A stretch of DNA of 17,240 nt from Takakia lepidozioides (GCA_030704615.1 JAKLZA010000328.1:1-17240), one strand, 5' to 3'. Positions 1 through 10,453 are shown, counted from the stretch's first letter. Notes: generated from the sequence alone by a model not told the origin. Numbers and translations are program-made.

Positions 1-281
1 AAGGGAATGGGCATTCCCACAGCTCGGTACAGGATGGTGTCTGACGGGGGAACGTGCCATTCGATTCCGCAACCTCCGTCGTTACCTAGCACGACAATGG
101 TCTCGTCAACCTGTCCAGGAACATCCTTCCTTTCTTCTTCCAAATAAACTGTGCCCGGTTTGAGCTTGAATTTGGAACAAAGGTAAGTTTCAGTCACTCT
201 GCAAAGTCCTCCCTCGTTTGGGATCCAGGCTCTCCCAAGTTGCGGAGGACAGCAAACTATAGCGTAGGAATTCGGAGCCAT
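1..281 (-). CDS. Hypothetical protein, runs off the left edge of the window
   Basis: Manual translation from ATG at 281: MAPNSYAIVCCPPQLGRAWIPNEGGLCRVTETYLCSKFKLKPGTVYLEEERKDVPGQVDETIVVLGNDGGCGIEWHVPPSDTILYRAVGMPIP..., with no stop before position 1. The same frame stays open upstream to ~572, so the start is uncertain. Not in the ORF track, presumably because it is truncated. No family recognised. Confidence 0.5.
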   Translation of the reverse strand, partial: MAPNSYAIVCCPPQLGRAWIPNEGGLCRVTETYLCSKFKLKPGTVYLEEERKDVPGQVDETIVVLGNDGGCGIEWHVPPSDTILYRAVGMPIP

Positions 282-696
282 CGAACACCGCACGGAGTTG
301 GCAAGTGCGAGGTTCAGTATAGCGACAGACCAAGGCTCACAGGCACCATGCGGAGTCCATCGACGATTGGAAGTTGCACATTGAAGTGGAAAGTATTGTT
401 TCAAGCTACATGCATGAAGGTGAGAGGTTTGATTCCATAGCCAGTGAGTATGACAATGATGGCCGATTCGGCGACGAAATAACATCTCCTGACAGTTTCT
501 CCTGAGGGTGGATCCAGCAGTATTCTCGATGCAGACAGGAACGTTCGCACTGACAAGTGCCAGGACAGCTGGTTAAAACAGTCAGACAACCAAGTTGTGC
601 TCATCAAGACTGGCCGCAATTGTGTTGTTTCGGAACAATGCAACCCATTGAGGTTCTAGATTTCCCGTCCCGAGTGATTCTTTCGATTGCTGGTGG

Positions 697-3172
697 ACGG
701 AAATACGGCGCCGCATTTCCGCATTTCCGTATTGCATCTTGGTCATGCACCAGAGCGACGGAAATGCGGCACTGAGTTTCCGTCCGGGGGAAACCTTTAT
801 ACTCTCCAGAACGGAAATGCGGTAACGCATTTCCATCCAGCAAGCACGGTATGTGAAGGTGGAACGGAAATGCGGTACCGCATTTCCGTTCTGATTGAGA
901 ATTATGAACAACGGGAACAGAAATGCGGCACCGCATTTCCGTCCGAGTCGCACTTTTCCGACATTTCAGAACGAAAAAGCGGCGCCGCATTTCCATTTTG
1001 TATCTGATGAATGGAGCTGAGGGATAGAAATGCTGCAGCACATTTCCGTCTTTAAAAGACATTCATACTCTCCAGAACGGAAATGCGGTACCGCATTTTC
1101 ATTCAACAAGCACGGTATGTGAAGGTGGAACGGAAATGCGGTACCGCATTTCCGTTCTGATTGAGATTTACGAACAACGGGAACAGAAATGCGGCACCGC
1201 ATTTCCGTCCGAGTCGCACTTTCGACATTCCAGAACGGAAATGCGGCGCCGCATTTCCATTTTGTATCTGATGAATGGAGCTGAGGGATAGAAATGCTGC
1301 AGCACATTTCCGTCCTTAGAAGACATTCATACTCTCCAGAACGGAAATGCGGTACCGCATTTTCATTCAACAAGCACGGTATGTGAAGGTGGAACGGAAA
1401 TGCGGTACCGCATTTCCGTTCTGATTGAGATTTCGAACAACGGGAACAGAAATACGGCACCGCATTTCCGTCCGAGTCGCACTTTTCGACATTCCAGAAC
1501 GGAAATGCGGCGCCGCATTTCCATTTTGTATCTGATGAATGGAGCTGAAGGATAGAAATGCTTGCAACACATTTCCGTCCTTAAAAGACATTCATACTCT
1601 CCAGAACGGAAATGCGGGTACCGCATTTCATTCAACAAGCACGGTATGTGAAGGGTGGAACGGAAATGCGGTACCGCATTTCCGTTCTGATTGAGATTTA
1701 CGAACAACGGGAACAGGAAATGCGGCACCGCATTTCCGTTCGAGTCGCACTTTTCGACATTCCAGAACGGAAATGCGGCGCCGCATTTCCATTTTGTATC
1801 TGATGAATGGAGCTGAGGGATAGAAATGCTGCAGCACATTTCCATCCTTAAAAGACATTCATACTCTCCAGAACGGAAATGCGGTACCGCATTTTCATTC
1901 AACAAGCACGGTATGTGAAGGTGGAACGGAAATGCGGTACCGCATTTCCGTTCTGATTGAGATTTACGAACAACGGGAACAAAAATGCGGCACCGCATTC
2001 CGTCCGAGTCGCACTTTTCGACATTCCAGAACGGAAATGCGGCGCCGCATTCCATTTTGTATCTGATGCATGGAGCCGAGTGCGATTCCGACAGCTTCAT
2101 ACAGCGCAATTCCGACCGCTTGAGACATTCATACTATCCAGAACGGAAATGCGGCAACGCATTACGTTCTGACTGAAAATCGTGAACCATCTGAACTAAA
2201 ATGCGGCACCGTATTTCCATCCGAGTCGCACCAACCAACATTCCAGAATGACTGAAAATCGTGAACAGTCGGAACTGAAATGCGGCAACGGATTTCCATC
2301 CGAGTCGCACTTCCAACATTCCAGGAACGGAATGTATTAGATTCAAAAGGGAAATGCGGCACCGCATTCCGTTCTGATGAAATATCCTGAAACCTCGGAA
2401 CTGAAATGCGGTACCGCATTTCCGTCGGAGTCGCACCTTCCGACATTCCAAACGGAAATGCGGCGCCCGCATTTCCGTTTTGTATGTGAGGCACGGAGCT
2501 GTGGAACGAAAATGCGGCACGCCATTTCCGCCCGTCAGACGTTAATACTCTACAGAACGGAAATGCGGTACCGCATTTCCATTCTGACTGAAAATCGTGC
2601 GCAACGGGAACAGAAATCCGGCATCGCATTTCCGTTCCAGTCGCACCTTCCGACATTCTAGAACGGAAATGCGGCGCCGCATTTCCGTTTTGTATATTGG
2701 GCCTGGAGCTGTGCTACGAAAATGTGTAGCAGCATTCCATCCATGTGAGACCTTCAAAGTTTCCGGACCGGAAATGCGGGCACCGCATTTCTGTCCAGGT
2801 GAGACCTCTATACTTTCCCGAACGGAAATGTGGCACGGCATTTCCATTCATCATCTAACGGATGTGAAGTGGGAACGGAAATGCGGTACCGCATTTCCGT
2901 TCACATTGAAAATCATGAACCACGGGAATAGAAATGTTGTGCCTCATTCCCGTCCAATCGCACCTTTCGACTTCCAGAACGGAAATGCGGCGCCGCATTC
3001 CCTTTGAATCTCATACTTGGAGTGTGGGACGAAATGCGGCACCGTATTTCCGTTCAACAACTAAGGTATGTGAAGGTGGAACGGAAATGCGGGCCGCATT
3101 TCTTTCCAACAAGTACGGATGTGTAGCTTCGTGATGGTACTTAACGGAAATGCGGCGCGCATTCGCATTTTC
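697..3172. repeat. Tandem array of ~46 palindromes GGAAATGCGGYRCCGCATTTCC at a 53-bp period
   Basis: AAATGC half-site starts at 762, 815, 868, 921, 975, 1028, 1081, 1134, 1187, 1239, 1292, 1345 and onward (52-54 bp steps). Copies continue with more divergence and a few irregular gaps to ~3148. The best copies extend to 28 bp (AACGGAAATGCGGTACCGCATTTCCGTT). Confidence 0.97.
801..2132. repeat. Higher-order repeat: 5 near-identical ~266-bp units, each made of 5 x 53-bp monomers
   Basis: Anchor ACTCTCCAGAACGGAAATGC recurs at 801, 1067, 1331, 1596, 1863 and (ACTATCC variant) 2133. The five different inter-palindrome spacers recur in the same order in each unit. Confidence 0.95.
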
Positions 3173-3512
3173 GCTCCAACTCATCAGACGCTGGGACGGA
3201 AATACCTTGAAAGTGAACCGTGGAGCAACGGAATTGCTGCACATGTCGGCACTCTATCTGACTGAAGGGCATGAGGCGGCGCGGCCTGACCGTTCGATAA
3301 TGATGTTTGTTTTTCGGACGGCAGGCGTACCCTCAACGATTCGAATTTCGTAATGACGCAAACTCCCCGAGGAGACACTTTCGTCCAACCCTTTCGACCC
3401 AAGTGGTGCATCACCGCCGTTTCATCTACTTTTGTAGGTGTCTCCTCAGTCACCCCTCTCGCGCCCTTTCCATCTGCACTCTTTGGCCCTTTTTCCTCTC
3501 TCTGTTCTTCTT

Positions 3513-6500
3513 ATGTCGAACCTGAGAGGGGGGGAGTTCGTGCACCAGCCAGGAGTCGAGGAGCTAGCTGCAGCACGTACACCCACCCGATCCCCCGAGC
3601 GCGGGTATTCCTGCCGGGCCTAGCCCTCTGCGATTCAAAGACGCGTCTTCGAAGGGCAAGTTCAAAGTCCCAGAGACGACTCGCGTTCTTCGGTCATGGA
3701 GAATCGCCAGCAGGGGTCGGGCCCTTCTCCAGCAAAGTCGAAGAAGAAGCAGCCGTCCCTCTACTGGCTTCTGAACCGGCTCAGGCCGATTCACCCCCCC
3801 CAACGCGAATGAAGCAGCAGGGTAGAAGACAGATTCAATTGCAGCAGACACCTTCACAGGCAAGGATGAGGAAGCAGAAGGCGACAGCGAACAAATCTAA
3901 AAACAGCTTCACGAGCTGAAGCTCAGTTCTGGAGGGAGGATTCCCGCCCTTTTGAAGATGTTAGGCCGACTCTGATGCAACGAGGGCAATGGGAGGAATC
4001 GACCGTTGATCTCGATTTGGTACCGGAAGGAGGAGGTGTACCGCTGCACGTTCGAGCAAGACCTCACCACGAATGAGCAAGCAGGCCCGAGGAGGCCCTC
4101 TGCAATGGCAGAGAATTGCCCGCAAACAGGCCCAGGAGTGCAGATCCAGTTGAGGATGCGCCAGCTGCTCAGCCACTACCGGACCCTACAGAATGTCTCC
4201 GGAGGATTTCAAACAGTGCAGCGGATAAAATGTGGAGGAGAACCACAGTAGCATGGCAGAGTTCTGGGGAGCAGGGTATTCCAGCGGACTCTTCGAATCC
4301 CACTCTGTCGCATGGTCTCCCTTCCCATCGTCAGGCAAGACCTTCCCGGAGATGTGGATAAGCTTCGTTTCGCATTTCGAGAAGGGGTACCGTTCGGGAT
4401 CGCAGCGTTTTACGTTTCCATTGAGAATGAGGATGGCGAAACTCGTGGACCCACTGCCGATGAATTGTTCAACGTGGGATACCCACTGGCACACTCGCAA
4501 CCACGAATTCGAGGCGGACGCTGAAGGGTGATCCCGACTTCGGCCATATGTCGGGTTAAAATGTTCTTTGTGTGGGACGGGAATCACCGGACTTCTCGCA
4601 TGGTGGAGTACATCAAGCAGAAACCCTGCCAAGCACATTGGCTGGCATTACATGGTGGAGTGTGTCATCCTCAAGGTGAAGGCGGCAGACTCCTCCCTGC
4701 TCAAGAATGCCATGGCGGACCTCAACTCGTAAGATACTCTTACCCTCCCTAGCACGTTAAAATGCGGTGCCGCATTTCGGTTGCCATTCTGGTTTGTTTC
4801 CGTGCTTCCGTGTACTGAACTGGAGAGTGTGCCTTCGGGTCACTGAAAATGCGTACGTGCAACCCACATGGCACACATGCTGTATAGGGTGAGGAAAATG
4901 TCTCAGTGTACTGATCCGCAGATGGTTGCGGAAAATGCTGGAGCCCGAGCTCATTCAGAAAGCCGTTGCAAAAACAGACCGGACATGGTATCGTCTCACT
5001 ATGGATGGAATGGTGGAGGGATATATGAAGTAGTCGTCCTCCAATTTTCCCTCTGATCACCTTCCCAATTTTCAGTAATGTTTCCACATTGAATCGAATG
5101 TAACGCTTCTGCATGTTTTTGTTGGGCAGTCAAACATCCAAGTTGGATTTGGCCCATGCCAAACGCTTCTTCATGGAAAGTGGGGGCAGGGTCAGGTGCA
5201 AACGTTGCAGTCATTGACTGAGCACTTGAAGGAAGCCGGTGTCAAGTCCAGAACCAAATACAAGTCAAAGCTTGTGAAGCTGGTGGCAATTGCAGGATCT
5301 GGCACTTGAAAGGACTTCATCCCCGAGATTGCAAACACTATTCTCGGGGCCATGCAGCCGACCATGCAATTGGAGAAAACTGCATCACCTCTCAAACGGC
5401 ATGTGTGGAGGCGAAAGAGAAGGTGAGGTTTCAATGCACTGAGAGTTCCTTCCTAGCCAATAGCCACTCTCTTCCAGCTCCGACATTGGATGGAAATGGC
5501 AGACACGGTGGCTGTCGACTGGAATGCATCGAGAGCATAAGGACAATGTGGTCTTTTCCACTCGAAGTTTTCCGACCCTGCAGTGGAGGGGTGGCTCAAC
5601 CGATGACTTGTGGTTCCAGGTAATTCAAGGTACTTTCCCAGATTTGCTTTTCTGAAATGAATTCACTGAAATGCTACGTGAAATTGCAGTTGGGAATCAC
5701 AGTTAATGTCGAATGCCGAAGGAGCGAGTCGAGGCACACAAATTCGTTCGGCTTGTACGTCAAATGGGATGGAACACAGACATTGGAAGATACGTGACAC
5801 GTTTCAGATGTGCGTACAAGCGCAACCTTTTCCGCCAGAGAGCTACGAGACAGCAAGAAGGAGCGTGGAGTTTACACATCAGGAGGGAGCGGGAAAGCTG
5901 CTGCAATGCGAAGTGTTTACAGGTGAAGCACAGCTTGCCTTGTATGCGAAGCCTGGTTACGAGTGGTTGTCTCGGAAAAATGCGGCACCGCATTCGCATT
6001 TTATGTTTTCGGTGTGGCACTCTGCCAGTAGGTGGTCTCAATTTTGCTCACGCATGCTGATGCCTTGCAGGTATATGAAATACGTGCTCCTTCAGACAGG
6101 GGCCCTGGCTCAAGAGCCCCCGTTCTTCATGGCTTGACCGTGGCGGCCCAAGCTGTGTTACACACCCGAGATGCAGAAACAATGGCATCCCGCGCATATC
6201 GTTGGATGCCCGTGGTACCTGGAACCCATTTGTGTTGGCGGTATTGTTACGAGTCTGAGAAAGATCTGCACGCCTTGGCAGAAGAGAAGAGAGAAAGGGA
6301 AAGACGTTGTCCCTGCGGGCCAAAGTCGGCAAAGGAATCTGCTGCTCGGAAGAATCCGGAAAGGCAGCTGAGGATGGCACAAAAAGCGGTGGATGCAGCT
6401 TGCAGGCCCAACAGAGGGGTCGAAAGAAGAGGACTCGCCAGCAAAGCAAGCAGCAGCTGTTGTGACACCCGCCAAAACGAAGAAGAAGCAGAAACGCCTG

Positions 6501-8391
6501 TTCAGGAAGAGGTGAGGAAAGGGACTACGATGGAGACTTTGCAACCAGCACACCCCCCCCAAACGCAGGCTGCCTCCCCTGTGCCCACCGTTGTCAATGA
6601 GAGGCTACGAGAACTGGCTCGGCAAAGACGGCCACTCTTCAACCCCAGGGGGGCACCCTTTCGAGCCGGTGGAAATGAAGAGGCCGAGAAAGTGGCTCCC
6701 GAAACAGTAGTCCAGATGTGTAAATGAGAGTTTTTGGCGGCTTTGGATGGACGGGGCAGCCAAGTTGCATACATGAAGACCATGGAGGGTCTGAAGGGCA
6801 GGACTGAAGAAGGCGACTGCGAGAGCCTTCCGACCACCCGTTCTTTGAGAGGGTGTGTGCAGACAAGGATTGTAGGAGGGGCGGAAATGCCACCGAGTGG
6901 TCTTGCGATATGATCATCTTGGATATTCCGGACGGAGAGCCTGTGGAAGGACTGCAAGCTTTGCCATCTTGGAACAGGTACTCGGAGGACTTTTGGAAAA
7001 AAGGATTCGGGCTTGCCCGCATGGTGTTGGACGACAGAGGCGTGTGGTTGTCCTGGCGAGCAGAGAAAAAAACACTCAGACAGGAATTGCGAAGTGGACC
7101 CGCAAGAGCGCCGTCCCGATTCTGAAAAAGAAGTGGACGTGCATCAACACACTGGGCCTTCGGTCGGAAGGGAAGGAAGAAGGTGATTACGACACTGGCA
7201 CTCGTCCATTCATTTGCTTGGGTGTTTTCAAATGCGGTGCCGCATTCGGTTTCTAATCGTTTTCCCCCTGTGTATGCAGAGACGAAGCAGTTCGATGCAT
7301 ACTGCTTTGTGAAGGAGAACTCCACCTTTGCTTTCCGGAAGGAGGGAGGAAAGGTTGACCCGAACTGCGACCCACTCGATTACGACGTTCTGTTCAACAA
7401 CGTTCCCAAGGAACTTCTCCCTCATAGCCTCACTTCAACGGAAACCCTGCGGTACTCACGGACTCGGAGCCCTGCCTTCATTCAGACAATTATGGAGACA
7501 TGCACAGACGTGGAGGGCACAGTGCTCGACCTCATCTGTGGAACAGGTATGCAGAATCTTGATCTCTGCTGTTCTGCAAATTCTCGTTAGGATGTAGTTC
7601 GCAACATCTGAAGCGCCATGTGGTAATGTGTGGATGGCATTGTAACAGGTGCCTCAATGTGGGCTGGGCGGTTTTCCGACCGGCACCTCTTTGCCTACGA
7701 GGAGGATTCATCCGTGTGGGGATCCCATCTGGAGGGGCTGCAACGGAATGTGAAGGCTCCCGACAGAGCGGAAGTCTCCTCGGATTCGTCGGAGTCCGAG
7801 GAAGACACAGTGGACATTGATGCGGAGGAGAACCCGGAATACGAGTGAGTGCAAACATTGTAAGTTTGCAAAGCCTTCTGGGTCATTTTTGTCAAACGAA
7901 TTTCCCGACTGTGGTTCTCATTAGTCTCGTTGATGATTGTCATGTGCAGGATTGCAGGGTCCGGGTCGAAACATGTAGGGCCTACACTTCCTGCCAGGAA
8001 GAATGTCCCGTTCTTTGCGAGGGCCGATTTCATGACGAGCCCGGTGAGGGACTACTCCCTTCCTAGTTATGCAGCTAAACTCGCAAATACAGCGATTAGA
8101 AGAAGTGAGAATCCCAGTAAAGTAGAGCAGATTTTGGAGAGGGCTAGGGAGGACAGAAGGATAAGGAAAGAGTTGGCAGCAGCTCAGACAGGTAGACGGG
8201 TACGAAAGTACATATGTGATTCAGCGGATGAGAGCGACGCAGACAGGGAGGAAGACGACCCAACGGAGGTGAGATGGACAGTTCCGCAAGGGGAAGATGG
8301 GATTTTCGAAAGCCTGGCCAACGAGCAGTCCGCTGGAGATGAGAGGGCACTGAGGGGGTGGAGGAGAGCAGGACAGTCTAGAACAGGATGA
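3513..8391 (+). CDS. Spliced gene, frameshifted in this copy: ParB/Srx-like N-terminal domain + low-complexity linker + beta-class amino (N6A/N4C) DNA methyltransferase-like domain + acidic tail
   Basis: Frame-hopping translation gives ...IPLCRMVSLPIVRQDLPGDVDKL..F..GYR....AFYVSIENEDGE...KMFFVWDGNHR...WHYMVECVILKVKAADSSLLKNAMADLN, later CDMIILDIPDG...WNRYSEDFWKKGFGLARMVLDDRG...RSPAFIQTIMETCTDVEGTVLDLICGT|GASMWAGRFSDRHLFAYEED. Phase-consistent GT-AG introns at 5923-6070, 7183-7279, 7547-7648 and 7845-7949. Less certain introns at 4729-~4838 (acceptor reads CGG), 5030-5129, 5423-5477 and 5620-5689. Start codon uncertain. Confidence 0.75.
4280..4728 (+). other. ParB/Sulfiredoxin-like domain coding segment
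   Basis: Hydrophobic strand followed by DGNHR (4576-4590) matches the ParB/Srx-fold signature hhhDG.HR. An upstream 'IPL..h......R' segment resembles the ParB N-terminal start. Confidence 0.7.
4760..4777. promoter_or_regulatory. Single palindrome copy inside a predicted intron
   Basis: AAATGCGGTGCCGCATTT within the intron that starts GTAAG at 4729. Confidence 0.75.
5978..5994. promoter_or_regulatory. Single palindrome copy inside a predicted intron
   Basis: AAATGCGGCACCGCATT within intron 5923-6070. Confidence 0.75.
6895..7740 (+). other. Beta-class N6/N4 DNA methyltransferase-like domain coding segment
   Basis: Motif order is IV (DMIILDIPDG, DIPD at 6922-6933, where DPPY/SPPY is expected), then 'ARMVLDDRG' (like RVLKPGG), then motif X-I 'RSPAFIQTIMETCTDVEGTVLDLICGTGASMWAGRFSDRHLFAYEED' (like KP..L...I...T..G..VLDPF.GSG.T..A....R..IG.E.D). 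The 7547-7648 intron splits motif I in phase. Confidence 0.75.
7230..7246. promoter_or_regulatory. Single palindrome copy inside a predicted intron
   Basis: AAATGCGGTGCCGCATT within intron 7183-7279. Confidence 0.75.
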
Positions 8392-8552
8392 GGATTCGGA
8401 TGATTTTCAAGATTAATAGAATTTTAATGAAGTCTCTGTAAATGTAAATTCTCTTCCAGAGTATATAAAGGAAATTCTGCCCGACATTCGTGACCCCTCT
8501 CCAGTGTGCATTCCAGCCACACAATCGCCCAAACCACGACGCTCCCAAAATC

Positions 8553-9287
8553 AGAAATGGGGCACCGCATTTCCAAAACAGGGGAACTCTAAGAACCTCT
8601 TTTCGAAATGCGGCACCGCATTTCCAAAACAGGGGAGGGACTAACTAAATTTTCCATTTCAATGTTGGCATAGTAAAAAGTAATCTGAATTGGAAATGCG
8701 GTGCCGCATTTCCAAAATTCCTTTGTCCACACGCCAGTTTTGGCCTCTCCCGCTCATTGCATGGATGCCACCACGCTTACAGAGGTCGAACAACGAGGTC
8801 GAACAAGGAGGTCGACATGGCGGGATTGAAAATGCGGTGCCGCATTTCAGTATTGGGGATGGTCGTTGTTCGAACTGCAGGCCCATCAGCAAAAAATTGG
8901 CACCGCATTCCATTGTTAAAAAAAGTCGATGACGGACATGGAAATGCGGCGCCGCATTTCCAGAACGGACATCGCAATTTGTCCATTTGCAGACCCTCTC
9001 TCGGAAATGCGGTAACGCATTCCATCGCGCTGGTCGGAAATGTCACACTTTTCGAAGTGTTGTACGGAAATGCGGCACCGCATTCCCTTGTCCAAAAAGA
9101 AGTTTCCATTGCCAAGCTGGAAATGCGTCGCCGCATTTGCAATGCCAACCTCGTTTTCTGATCAATTTATAGACCCGTGTGTGGTATTTCGTGTACCTGG
9201 ACGGAAATGATGCACCGCATTCTTGTCCGACATGGAAATGCGGTGCCGCATTTCGATCCCGACATGGAAATGCGGCGCCGCATTTCG
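8553..9287. repeat. Second cluster of ~12 palindrome copies with mostly unrelated, irregular spacers
   Basis: Half-sites start at about 8555, 8606, 8694, 8830, 8894, 8942, 9005, 9068, 9121, 9205, 9236 and 9268. The last copies form a ~31-32 bp tandem (CCGACATGGAAATGCGGYGCCGCATTTCGAT). Confidence 0.93.
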
Positions 9288-9543
9288 ATGTCCGACATGG
9301 CGTTACTCTGGTATATTCTTGACACATGACTCACATACCGGTTACTCTGCTATATTCATCCGGACAGACACATTGTAGAAATGAGACATCAAATTGTAAA
9401 CAGTGGGCCAATTCCGACAGTTATTCAACACAATGAAACACAATCATACAGAAGTGAGGTACGATGGGTTTATTGATCGGACACGATGTCTCACATTTAC
9501 CAACTGCAGACAAAACTAAGCCCTTCCTCCTTCTACATGGGCT

Positions 9544-10338
9544 TCACCAAGTCGACGGAACTTCGATACCCCTCAAAACAAGCTCATCACTGCTGCGGCA
9601 CCTCGAGGATAACTGCAATTCGGTCGTTCTGCTGCCCTTGCTGGAGCCGACGACAATGTCATGTCCATCAATGATACCACCATCATACATTGACAAGGTC
9701 ACTGTGGGCTCATGTGCCCGTGCGATTCGTCTTCGCAACGCAGCCGAATGTCTCCATACACTGGAAGAGAGAGGGAGTGATCTGCACGTATATAGTTTTC
9801 CCCGGTGCCGTCCTCCCTGGTCCACTTGCAGCAGTTCCAGCGCCAAAGCGAGGCCGTGCGTGATCTATCCGGCATCCCTTTCCAGCTTGGTATATAGACG
9901 AGGCAACAATTTCAGGACCCACGGACCGCATTGACCCTCGCCCTCACCTCGCTCAAAGCGGTAATAGCCCTCCAGATACTCCATTGCGCGCAAAGACTCT
10001 TTGATTCTAGCAGCGTCTGTGAAAACAGAGAGCCAGACAATGATGTCTCCTGATTCTGGTTTGAACATAGCATAATCGTGGCCATGATAAGGGCAGTCGG
10101 CTGGATTTCGGCGGCACGGCATCCTTGAAAAAGAGAGTAGCGGAGTACGCTCAATGACAGCAGCTCCCGGATGGAGGAGGAGCAGCGCGGTGGGGGGTGG
10201 CTGGAAAAAGTTCAAGCTAACGCTTGCAATTTCTCACAAACACTCCAGGGCACATTAAATTTCCCCCCTACAGGATCCTGGACCGATGAAGATTGGCTGC
10301 TGCATGAATGTAGTCCGTTTCAGTTTCCTACCTGCCAT
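9544..10338 (-). CDS. Hypothetical protein A (frameshifted), paralog of 10494-11234
   Basis: Joins ORFs 9865..10215 and 9544..9846: FSRMPCRRNPADCPYHGHDYAMF...GDIIVW...EYLEGYYRFERG...GGRHRGKLYTCRS...SMYDGGIIDGHDIVV...ELVLRGIEV. Start at ATG 10338 is tentative. Confidence 0.65.
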
Positions 10339-10388
10339 GCAAACTATGGGCAGTCACTGCCAGGTGGGCCGATAGCCACTGGACACGA

Positions 10389-10453
10389 CGAAGTCCATCC
10401 CCCTCTTCGATTGTAAATGCGGCGCCGAATTTCCATCGGGGGGATGGACTTCG
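10389..10453. promoter_or_regulatory. Inverted repeat centred on a palindrome copy, between the divergent paralogs
   Basis: CGAAGTCCATCCCCC (10389-10403) and GGGGGATGGACTTCG (10439-10453) form a perfect 15-bp inverted repeat enclosing AAATGCGGCGCCGAATTTCC (10415-10434). Confidence 0.8.

Noticed and set aside
697-3172. CRISPR array (palindromic ~28-bp repeats with ~25-bp spacers)
   Set aside because: Spacers recur in a fixed 5-unit cycle, the repeats are degenerate, no cas genes are visible, and the context is eukaryotic (introns, LTR element).
582-3244. Many overlapping ORFs with KCGTAFP / NAVPHF / EMRRRIS motifs
   Set aside because: They are translations of the palindrome in all six frames.
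7845-7848. Gene ending at TGA 7846-7848
   Set aside because: The TGA lies within a GTGAGT splice donor; splicing to AG 7949 continues in frame into the 7950-8391 exon.
697-9287. Canonical bacterial parABS locus or restriction-modification system
   Set aside because: The motif does not match the parS consensus TGTTNCACGTGAAACA, no Walker-A ParA or endonuclease is seen, and the gene has spliceosomal introns. The GGYRCC core equals the BanI site, but this is probably coincidental.
8659-9327. ORFs over the second palindrome cluster
   Set aside because: Same repeat-derived peptides on both strands, with no independent coding signal.
9464-9934. Plus-strand 156-aa ORF (and minus-strand ORFs at 10354-11201)
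   Set aside because: They are antisense shadows of the paralogous gene pair, whose strand is fixed by protein-level similarity.
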